NCBI GenBank assembly: GCA_002505405.1
Contig: DAVD01000037.1
Coordinates: forward strand, 82,880 to 146,879
From: Candidatus Poseidonia alphae
GTDB taxonomy: Archaea; Thermoplasmatota; Poseidoniia; Poseidoniales; Poseidoniaceae
Length of the DNA: 64,000 nt
Direction: 5' to 3'
Shown here in pieces: positions 1 through 7,320 of the stretch; position 1 is the first letter of the stretch; every line of letters starts with the position of its first letter. The translations under genes and the position numbers were made by a program. Below the pieces are notes generated by a model. The model ran no database searches. It had not been told where the DNA came from and was given only the letters and a program-made list of their open reading frames with translations.

Positions 1-532
1 CACGGTCTGATTCTTGCAGGAGTGATGTTACCGCTTTCAAGTCCAAAGAGTAAGGGTCCAATGCAGCGGGAGGCGCAACGTATTCAACACCCTTTTTCAG
101 TGTCCTTCCAGCATATGAGGCGTGAGTTAAGGGTTGAACAATAATTCCATGTTCATCTACTAGGATGATGTTCCCGTCTCTGAAGACTTCGACATACAGC
201 GTACGTTCCCCTCCTTTCGTATCAAAATGGAAGGACAACACTCGGTCAAAACCAACTTGATTCACAGCGGTGAGGCGAGCATTGCGGAGATGCTTTCGGA
301 GGACCATGGCGAACGGTGGTGGAGTCATCGGCATCGGTCGGTCTCGTTGAGAGGTGTATATCCGTTCTCCACGTACCAAGACGAGGTCAGATTGGTCTGC
401 TCCTTTCGGATTAAGGCGAAGTACGACTTGCTCATAGTGGGGCATGTATGCTTTCTTGACATAGGCACCAGCCAGGTCGTTCAGTTCACGAGCGATCGCT
501 CGTAAATCAAAACCTGACATTGCTTTCTTCAT
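1..532 (-). CDS. NFACT/FbpA-family (Rqc2-like) protein, N-terminal part; the 3' end lies outside the window
   Basis: Absent from the ORF track because it runs off the left edge. Hand translation of the minus strand from ATG at 532 gives MKKAMSGFDLRAIARELNDLAGAYVKKAYMPHYEQVVLRLNPKG...PPPFAMVLRKHLRNARLTAVNQVGFDRVLSFHF..., open to position 1. The P-F-x-LRKHL...Q...DR pattern is typical of NFACT-N/FbpA N-termini. Confidence 0.55.
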   Translation of the reverse strand, partial: MKKAMSGFDLRAIARELNDLAGAYVKKAYMPHYEQVVLRLNPKGADQSDLVLVRGERIYTSQRDRPMPMTPPPFAMVLRKHLRNARLTAVNQVGFDRVLSFHFDTKGGERTLYVEVFRDGNIILVDEHGIIVQPLTHASYAGRTLKKGVEYVAPPAALDPYSLDLKAVTSLLQESDR

Positions 533-582
533 TCTGCTACCCCCTTGTTGTTCTTGTGAAGTTGAGGTTTATTGAAGGTTCT

Positions 583-1002
583 TCATGCTCCGTAGGTGAC
601 GGGGTATCCAGCACTCTTCCACCCATTGATTCCAGTTTCAAGGTCGCGAACGTCGGTGTATCCGAGGTCCAGAAGCGTTTCAGCAGCGGCTTGGGATCGG
701 TTTCCACTGCGGCAATACAGAAGAATGGTCGTGGATTTGTCATCGGGCAACTCATCGGTCCGTTCCGATATTTCATCGTGCGGGATAAGGGTCGCGTTTT
801 CCAAATGGCCATCTGCCTCCCACTCATCTTGAGTGCGAGTGTCAAGGAGGAACGCATCTTCTTCATCATCAATCGCCACAGCGAATTCATCAGCACCGAG
901 CCGAACCCAATTGTCGGTTTCCGAAGTGCATCCCGCCAAACTTGCGATCGGTAGCACAAGCAACACAAGCATTGCATGTTGCAGAATTCTTGCCTTGAAC
1001 AT
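583..1002 (-). CDS. Rhodanese-domain sulfurtransferase lipoprotein
   Basis: Start refined to MFKARILQHAMLVLLVLPIASLAGC (lipobox LAGC) at 1002, which avoids overlap with the upstream gene ending at 1007. Rhodanese active-site loop YCRSGNRS. Confidence 0.8.
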   Translation of the reverse strand: MFKARILQHAMLVLLVLPIASLAGCTSETDNWVRLGADEFAVAIDDEEDAFLLDTRTQDEWEADGHLENATLIPHDEISERTDELPDDKSTTILLYCRSGNRSQAAAETLLDLGYTDVRDLETGINGWKSAGYPVTYGA

Positions 1003-1006
1003 CAGT

Positions 1007-2044
1007 TCAATCCCCTCCGTCATCTGGTGAGAATTGTAACAGAACTTTTCCGATATTCTTGGCGTCATGGATGTACTGGTGAGCGTCTTGAACCTGCTCT
1101 GCGGGAAATATACTGTCGACGGTTGGGTTGAGATGACCGTCTTCAATTCCAGTTAAAATTCGATTAAGCTGGGTTTGCATGACGGCCTCATCACTCCATG
1201 TGCCCATGTGGACGCCAAACACTGAACGATTTCGCGTCATCAGTCTAAGAGGGTCGAATTTAGGCGTTTTCCTCATTGCAAAGAGAGCCTTGAGAAGAGA
1301 ACGTTTTGATGTGGGAGCTGCAGCAGAAAGGCCGTAGGTGTACAATCGACCACCTTCTGCAACAACCGAAAGACTTCGCTTGAGGTGCTCTCCTCCGATT
1401 GGGTCAAGAACGTGATCGACTCCTCTTCCATCGGTTTCCTTTCGAACAATGTCAACGAAATTTTCGTTATGGCGGTCAATCGCCCGTGCCCCATACTGTT
1501 TGATGACGTCGTGTTTAGGTGCGGATGAAGTGGCCCAGACCTTGTCAACTCCAGCCCACTTGCACAGTTGGAGCGCTGCAATTCCAACGCCTCCTGCACC
1601 TCCGTGGATGAGTACGGAATGGTCTTTTTTCATATGACCCAGATGGTGGAGCATATGATGAGCGGTGAGATAGATTACCGGAATTGCAGCAGCTGATTCG
1701 AGTGATATTTTGTCAGGAAGAGCAAGAACCCTGGAGGCTTCACACGTCACGTGGCTTGCTTGTCCCCCGTTACGCATTGCGGCCACAACACGTTGTCCAA
1801 GAGCGAAGGAGGTGATACCAGGCCCGAGGGCATCAACGTAGCCGCTGACTTCGTATCCTGGAGTGAACGGGTAGGGCGGTCGTGGATTGTAAAATCCCAT
1901 TCGCATCAATAAATCAGCGAAGTTGATGCCGGCAAAGACGACTCTGATTCGGACTTCACCCTCTCCGGGTTCGGGCATGTCCATGGATTGGACGGTAATG
2001 GCGGAAACGCCTCCTGCTTTGTTGATTACGACTCTTCTCGGCAT
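1007..2044 (-). CDS. Zn-independent MDR-family NADPH:quinone oxidoreductase-like protein
   Basis: 345 aa with GINFADLLMRMGFY, PFTPGYEVSG and VLIHGGAGGVGIAALQ (Rossmann), typical of zeta-crystallin/quinone-reductase MDRs. Confidence 0.8.
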   Translation of the reverse strand: MPRRVVINKAGGVSAITVQSMDMPEPGEGEVRIRVVFAGINFADLLMRMGFYNPRPPYPFTPGYEVSGYVDALGPGITSFALGQRVVAAMRNGGQASHVTCEASRVLALPDKISLESAAAIPVIYLTAHHMLHHLGHMKKDHSVLIHGGAGGVGIAALQLCKWAGVDKVWATSSAPKHDVIKQYGARAIDRHNENFVDIVRKETDGRGVDHVLDPIGGEHLKRSLSVVAEGGRLYTYGLSAAAPTSKRSLLKALFAMRKTPKFDPLRLMTRNRSVFGVHMGTWSDEAVMQTQLNRILTGIEDGHLNPTVDSIFPAEQVQDAHQYIHDAKNIGKVLLQFSPDDGGD

Positions 2045-2056
2045 GGTGTCTCCTCC

Positions 2057-3565
2057 TTATTGGTTCACAGACCAAATCCTGTTGTTATGAGTTAGGTTTC
2101 CTTCCTCTTGATGAGCGAGCAGATGAGATAATGTTTGGTCAATTGCAAGACCAGGGTGTGCGTCTGGCGTGTCTTCATAGGCCCTTTTTGCGATATCTTC
2201 CACGACAGAATCTCCAGCGATAACAGCAGCCAATACTCGTTGGTGCCGAGCAATTCTATGGTCGATGTAGCGTTGGATGGTTTCCTCCGGCAGAGCGATA
2301 ACGGGCCCATGGCTGGGGAAAATGAGATGTGGCTTTGCATCTTTTAGTCGCTTCAACTGGGCTATGTATTCGTTCATGTTACCGGTGTGAGGGGGAATGA
2401 GTATGGTTCCAATTCCTGCAACCATATCACCCGCGATCAGCCCCGCATCTCCAAGAAGACAAACATGGCCTGGATGATGGCCAGGGGTTATCAGGACATT
2501 CCAAGACTGGTTCCCGAGTTGAAGTACATCTCCATCAACGAGAATACGGTCGCATCGGACGCTTTGTGAAGTATATTCACTGCCCCAAATGGGAGCGTCA
2601 ATTGCTTCTCGGAGCAGCCCGATATCGGCAAGATGGTCACCGTGGCTGTGAGTAAACACAACGGCCACAAGGGTGCCCTTATGTCGGTCAATGGCGGTTG
2701 CCAGAGATTCCATGTCCTCTCGCATTCTCACGGCAGGGTCAACCAAAACATAGTCTCCTTGAGGGTCTCCCACCATGTAGGCGTTCGTGTGGTCCGCAGG
2801 CGGTAATGTAGCCGTCTTAATCGGCACGACTTCAACACCGTGAGCAAAAAGAATTGAGCGCCGTCCGGGAAGTCTTGAAGCGATGTCATCTGCAGCCTTC
2901 TCCATGTTGCGGTCAAACCGTTCAAGGGTGCGCTCGATTTCCATGAGGAGCGTGACCACGGGAGGAGCAACTTTCATCTCATAAGAACGCCATTTTGAGA
3001 GAATTTCCACGGGCTTTGCCCACATGACCTCTGTAAATTCAGTTTGAGGTTCCAAATCAATTTCAGGTACATCTTGGGATGGACCTGCGTGGTAATGGAG
3101 GAATGCATTATCAAACTGTACGGGGCCAAAGGGGGGCGTAATTCGGTGACTGAAGACCTTAATGTTCTCTCTTGACACTGGGAAAGCGTTGTTTTGAGCC
3201 ATTGGAAGCCAGTTCTTTTTGTCGCTAACGATGGCCAATCTGGCTTCTGAAGGTATTGCTATTAGGCCGGTCAGTGCAGGAACAAGGCCGAGTTCTTCAG
3301 TCATCTCTCTCAAAATACAAGCGATGGTCTTGGCCTCTTCCCCTTCAAGCTGGGGGAAGCACTCTACTGCCGCTGTATCTACCGAAGATACTCCTCCACC
3401 CGGAAAAGCCCAGTAATTTGGAAACGCTCGCATGGTTCGAGAACGCTTACCGAGGAGTACTTCGACGCCTTCTGGACCGTCACGTGTGAGCGTCATGGTC
3501 GCAGTTGGGCGCGCTGATCGGCGCGGGGCAGGAGCGAAGTTGACACCCTTGGGTACTTCACTCAT
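2057..3565 (-). CDS. Nudix hydrolase / MBL-fold metallo-hydrolase fusion protein
   Basis: The N-terminal part has FPGGG...REMTEELGL (a Nudix-box-like element with a long insertion). The C-terminal part has the metallo-beta-lactamase motif THSHGDH and later HHPGH. Confidence 0.7.
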   Translation of the reverse strand: MSEVPKGVNFAPAPRRSARPTATMTLTRDGPEGVEVLLGKRSRTMRAFPNYWAFPGGGVSSVDTAAVECFPQLEGEEAKTIACILREMTEELGLVPALTGLIAIPSEARLAIVSDKKNWLPMAQNNAFPVSRENIKVFSHRITPPFGPVQFDNAFLHYHAGPSQDVPEIDLEPQTEFTEVMWAKPVEILSKWRSYEMKVAPPVVTLLMEIERTLERFDRNMEKAADDIASRLPGRRSILFAHGVEVVPIKTATLPPADHTNAYMVGDPQGDYVLVDPAVRMREDMESLATAIDRHKGTLVAVVFTHSHGDHLADIGLLREAIDAPIWGSEYTSQSVRCDRILVDGDVLQLGNQSWNVLITPGHHPGHVCLLGDAGLIAGDMVAGIGTILIPPHTGNMNEYIAQLKRLKDAKPHLIFPSHGPVIALPEETIQRYIDHRIARHQRVLAAVIAGDSVVEDIAKRAYEDTPDAHPGLAIDQTLSHLLAHQEEGNLTHNNRIWSVNQ

Positions 3566-3607
3566 GAAGGGGCCTTGAGCGGCTTACCTTCAAGGCTTGC
3601 GTTTCTT

Positions 3608-4036
3608 TCAACCTTGACGGCGAACAAAAGCTGCACCTAGCAACGAAAGCGTGGCGAGCATCCCGGTGAAACCTGGGAGGGTTGGATTCTCGTCGCTGTA
3701 CGCTTCAGCAGAGGCAGAGTAAAGCCGAACAGTGTTCCATGCTTCTTCAACACCGCCGTTGTTGTTGATGTAGACCATGTCGCCATCTGAAAGTGTTCCT
3801 GATTCATCGGCATCCAAAAAAGAGGTTTTGGCCATTTTCAGCATCATCATCCATTCAAATTGGGCTCCGAGGGTAAAAATAGGGCCGATGGTACCGATGG
3901 GATGTGAGTCATGAATCGGTGGAGGAGCATCTGGCCGAAATGGCCGATCTGATCGAGCAAGCAGAAGCGATGGGGATTGACCTTTGGCCAGAAACCAAAC
4001 CTTCGCGCCCGTGGGCGAAATATGCGTTGGCGTCAT
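3608..4036 (-). CDS. Small ORF ending in a PGF-CTERM-like archaeosortase sorting signal; possibly a gene remnant
   Basis: The C-terminus is ...NPTLPGFTGMLATLSLLGAAFVRRQG (PGF, then a hydrophobic helix, then a basic tail). No N-terminal signal peptide follows any candidate start (4036, or the MMMLKM cluster near 3850). It overlaps the plausible + ORF 3904-4092. Confidence 0.3.
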   Translation of the reverse strand: MTPTHISPTGAKVWFLAKGQSPSLLLARSDRPFRPDAPPPIHDSHPIGTIGPIFTLGAQFEWMMMLKMAKTSFLDADESGTLSDGDMVYINNNGGVEEAWNTVRLYSASAEAYSDENPTLPGFTGMLATLSLLGAAFVRRQG

Positions 4037-4148
4037 TCATGACCATCATGATGCTCTCTTGGGTTTCGAAAGTTCTCTTTCGCTTTGTTTGAGTTGAGAA
4101 CCTTCTCACCGTTTATTTCAAGAAGGACTCGTTCTTCGCCAAGGATAC

Positions 4149-4220
4149 AGTCCCTTAGTGTAGCGGTCCATCATGGAGGATTCTGGTTCCTCCGACCTCG
4201 GTTCAAATCCGAGAGGGACT
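4149..4220 (+). tRNA. tRNA-Gln (anticodon CTG)
   Basis: Hand-folded cloverleaf. Acceptor AGTCCCT/AGGGACT; anticodon stem GAGGA/TCCTC with loop TTCTGGT; T arm CTCGG-TTCAAAT-CCGAG. 72 nt, CCA not encoded. Confidence 0.85.
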
Positions 4221-4330
4221 ATCCGCAAATCTCGCTTCAGTCTCGTACGGCCGCCAAGCATAATTTTTAGGGTATACGAAATACTATAAGTGGGGTACTT
4301 TTAGGGCGGCCTAAACCAGTAGGGCTTAAC

Positions 4331-6442
4331 GTGAAAACACGAAAACTAAAATCAACATTGCTTATCTTCCTCTTTGCCACAGCTTCACTCGCTGGATGTC
4401 TCGGTGGTGAATCAGAAACCCAGACTGAATTAGATGAACTCGTTATCGCTTACAGTATCAAGGATGATTACACGAATGTCGATGAAAATCCTCAACGTCT
4501 CTCAGATTATTTGAGTGAAAAACTCGACATGGATGTTTCGCTTTATCCAATTGATTCAGAGGGTGCTGCTCTCCAAGCCCTTCGCTTTGGAAATGCAGAC
4601 ATCGCCTTCATGGACGGCGGTGCAGCATGGGTTGGTTGGCAACAATATGGCCTCGATGCTCTTGCTGCTGACCAAAAATCTGACGGCAGAACGTACTACA
4701 GCGCTCATGCTGTGGTTCTAAAGGACTCAGATATTGCAGCAGCGCACTTGGATGATGATCCCTCCACCGACCCGTTCTCTCTGATGGCGGGTAAGACTTC
4801 GTGCCATACTGGATGGCTCAAATCGGCAGGTATGCTCTTGCCAATGGGCTTCCTTATCGGAAACGGATATGCCAACGTTATCGGTGATGCCAGCGATGTC
4901 GAATCATTGCGCTCGACCATCACGAATTTCTTCAACGAAGATGCTAGCATACCTGACTCCGGAACTCCATATTACTCCTACAGTGGTGCAGTCAAGTGCC
5001 TTTCCGAAGGTGTCGGTGATGTTGCCTTTGCCAAGGACTCTACCATTGCTTCATACTGTGGGAACGAGGATGCAAGCACGAACGAAGCATGGTGTTTGCC
5101 AGAATCCGATTACATCTTGCTGCCTTCGTACGGAAATGCGCCTTCACACCCGGTGATGTACAACCCTTCAACCAGCGATGCAGCCACAATGACCCTTGTT
5201 CAAGATGCACTTGTGGCCATGAAAGATACGGTAGAAGGGCAATCCATTCTCACGGATGTTCTCAATACGCCAGCAATCTCTCCAACAAATGCGTCACAAC
5301 ACCTTGCCTCTTACGGTAATCTAATCGAAGATGTCCCTGGAATTTCAGCATATTACGACACGAAATTCGCCATTAACGATTCAGTTGAACCAACGATCTC
5401 CAATATCCGGATCGCCTTTGAAATGAAGGACGATTACGAGAACCCCGCGGAGAACCCCCAAGTTTTGGCTGATTTCATCTCCGAACAAACAGGAGTTACT
5501 GTGACGCTTTACCCTGTGACCTCCGAAGGGGCAATTATTGAGGCCCTGCGATTCGGTAATGCTGACATCGCTTTCATGGACGGTGGGGCTGCTTGGGTTG
5601 GATGGAAAGAATATGGCCTAGCAGCAATGGCTGCTGACCTAAAATCCGATGGGCGCACTCATTACGATGCTCATGCTGTTGTCCTCAACGGCTCCGACAT
5701 TGCCAACGCTTACTTAGACGACGATGCTTCGACCGATCCTTTTGCTCTCATGGAAGGAACCACCTCATGTCACACGGGATGGCTCAAATCTGCCGGCATG
5801 CTCCTTCCAATGGGTCATCTGATTTCACAGGGCTATGCTCCTGTTGTGGGGCCCCAAGAGGACATAGAATCCCTCCGCAACACCATCACGTCGTTCTTTA
5901 ACGAGAATGCGAGCATCCCTGAATCTGGAACGCCTTACTACTCCTATTCTGGAGCAGTGAAGTGTTTGACAGAAGGCGTTGGCGATGTTGCCTTTGCAAA
6001 GGATTCCACCGTTGCTTCATATTGCGGTAATGAAGAGGTCAGCGATAACGCAGAATGGTGCCTTCCTGAATCGGAATACATTCTTCTGCCGTCCTACGGT
6101 TCTGCACCATCGCATCCGGTGATGTACAATCCAGAAACACTTGATGTCCAAACTCGCACGGCCATCCTCAACGCTATGCTGGCATTGAACAATGAGATGT
6201 ACGTTCAGGATTATCCAATGCAGGGACAGAATTACACCGGTTGCTACTCAATGGTTTCTCATCAAGTGGATTCAACCTCACCTCAATCTGCATGTGGCGA
6301 CCAAATCCTGGCTAATGTACTCAACACCCCTGGCTTGGTCGAAGTGAATTCTCAGGAACATCTGGGCAGTTACAGCAGCCTTATCGGTGCAGTTCCAGGA
6401 ATCTCGGCCTACTTTGATTCTAAATACGACATTACGGAGTGA
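4331..6442 (+). CDS. Bilobal transferrin-like solute-binding lipoprotein (PhnD/transferrin superfamily)
   Basis: GTG start with lipobox LFATASLAGC. Both lobes contain MDGGAAW, (Y/H)Y.AHAVVL, TSCHTGWLKSAGMLLPMG, YYSYSGAVKCL.EGVGDVAFAKDST and APSHPVMYNP, which match transferrin lobe motifs. Confidence 0.85.
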   Translation: MKTRKLKSTLLIFLFATASLAGCLGGESETQTELDELVIAYSIKDDYTNVDENPQRLSDYLSEKLDMDVSLYPIDSEGAALQALRFGNADIAFMDGGAAWVGWQQYGLDALAADQKSDGRTYYSAHAVVLKDSDIAAAHLDDDPSTDPFSLMAGKTSCHTGWLKSAGMLLPMGFLIGNGYANVIGDASDVESLRSTITNFFNEDASIPDSGTPYYSYSGAVKCLSEGVGDVAFAKDSTIASYCGNEDASTNEAWCLPESDYILLPSYGNAPSHPVMYNPSTSDAATMTLVQDALVAMKDTVEGQSILTDVLNTPAISPTNASQHLASYGNLIEDVPGISAYYDTKFAINDSVEPTISNIRIAFEMKDDYENPAENPQVLADFISEQTGVTVTLYPVTSEGAIIEALRFGNADIAFMDGGAAWVGWKEYGLAAMAADLKSDGRTHYDAHAVVLNGSDIANAYLDDDASTDPFALMEGTTSCHTGWLKSAGMLLPMGHLISQGYAPVVGPQEDIESLRNTITSFFNENASIPESGTPYYSYSGAVKCLTEGVGDVAFAKDSTVASYCGNEEVSDNAEWCLPESEYILLPSYGSAPSHPVMYNPETLDVQTRTAILNAMLALNNEMYVQDYPMQGQNYTGCYSMVSHQVDSTSPQSACGDQILANVLNTPGLVEVNSQEHLGSYSSLIGAVPGISAYFDSKYDITE
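4436..6442 (+). repeat. In-frame tandem duplication forming the two lobes (lobe 1 ~4436-5401, lobe 2 ~5402-6442)
   Basis: Residues 36-357 align with 358-703 at an offset of 322 aa (966 nt). In the ~195-aa core I counted about 36 differences by hand. The nucleotide sequences are also visibly similar (ttcatggacggcggtgcagcatgggttggttgg vs ttcatggacggtggggctgcttgggttggatgg). Confidence 0.85.
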
Positions 6443-6477
6443 TCTTCACAACCCTTTCCTCACCTTAAACCGCTGGC

Positions 6478-6536
6478 GGAGTGATTCAATCACCGCACCC
6501 ATAGAAGGGTCACTCCGTTAGCACCCCGGAGCTAAC
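6478..6536 (+). promoter_or_regulatory. Two adjacent intercistronic stem-loops between the binding-protein and ATPase genes
   Basis: GGAGTGA (6478-6484) pairs with TCACTCC (6510-6516). Immediately after, GTTAGC (6517-6522) pairs with GCTAAC (6531-6536) around an 8-nt loop. Confidence 0.3.
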
Positions 6537-6633
6537 ATGACCGCCACAACCGATTCTAGACTTGGAGATGTTGATGTCGCCATGTCCAACCGCTTGAATA
6601 AGACCTGCTCGCAGGAGTGAATGAGGGGATATT

Positions 6634-7320
6634 ATGAGCGACACAGCCATCCTATCTCTTGACCAACTTTCCATCGGTTATGATGATCCGCTGGTGGAAC
6701 CAATTACACTTGAAGTGAAACCAGGTGAAATTATCGCCATTCTCGGTCCATCAGGCATCGGGAAGACCACATTGATACGCACTGTTGCAGGTCTCGTTCG
6801 GCCCCTTGGGGGCTCTTTTGAATTGAACGTTGAACGCCGAGGAGGTCTTGGATACATTCCTCAGCGTCTTGGTCTCGTTCGGCATGCAACCGTTGCCCAC
6901 AATGTCTCGTTGGGGGCCAGAATGCGCGTGAAGTGGTCACTTGAAATGTTTAAGGAGCGCAAAGAACGCACGTTTGAGGCTCTTCGAACGCTTGGAATTG
7001 AGAACAAAGCCTCTGAACCCGTTCGGCGTCTCTCAGGAGGTCAACAGCGGAGAGTAGCAACTGCGCGAACGCTCGCTCAACGGCCAGAAATAATGCTCGC
7101 TGATGAGTTTCTTGGTGAGTTGGACCAGGCGAACGTTGACATTGTCTTAGGAGCGGTCCTAGATTTAGTCGAGAGTGGAACGGCGGTGATCATGGTCGAA
7201 CACCATGAAGACAACGTCCTAAATTTCGCCACGCGCATTTGGGAAATTAAGGGTCAGCGTTTCTTGGACCTTCCCATCGGGGAGTGGGTCAAGCAAAACT
7301 CAATGGAGGAAGAGGAATGA
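6634..7320 (+). CDS. ABC transporter ATP-binding protein, PhnC-like
   Basis: Walker A GPSGIGKTT, signature LSGGQQRRVA, Walker B IMLADEF. GAGGGG lies 5 nt upstream of the ATG. Confidence 0.9.
   Translation: MSDTAILSLDQLSIGYDDPLVEPITLEVKPGEIIAILGPSGIGKTTLIRTVAGLVRPLGGSFELNVERRGGLGYIPQRLGLVRHATVAHNVSLGARMRVKWSLEMFKERKERTFEALRTLGIENKASEPVRRLSGGQQRRVATARTLAQRPEIMLADEFLGELDQANVDIVLGAVLDLVESGTAVIMVEHHEDNVLNFATRIWEIKGQRFLDLPIGEWVKQNSMEEEE

Noticed and set aside
227-977. Several 78-146-aa ORFs on both strands at the left end (227-505+, 520-954+, 537-977-, 596-832+).
   Set aside because: All overlap the hand-recovered NFACT-like gene (1-532, minus) or the rhodanese gene (583-1002, minus), and none has a recognisable motif.
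3904-4092. 62-aa plus-strand ORF (MSHESVEEHLAEMADLIEQAEAMGIDLW...) as an independent gene.
   Set aside because: Its composition is plausible (acidic with a hydrophobic tail), but it overlaps the PGF-CTERM ORF and I see no RBS or promoter evidence. It cannot be resolved from sequence alone, so it is not called.
6537-6620. A 27-codon ORF in the spacer, considered as a real gene.
   Set aside because: It is too short and has no recognisable features. It is kept only as part of the spacer observation and is not listed as a CDS.
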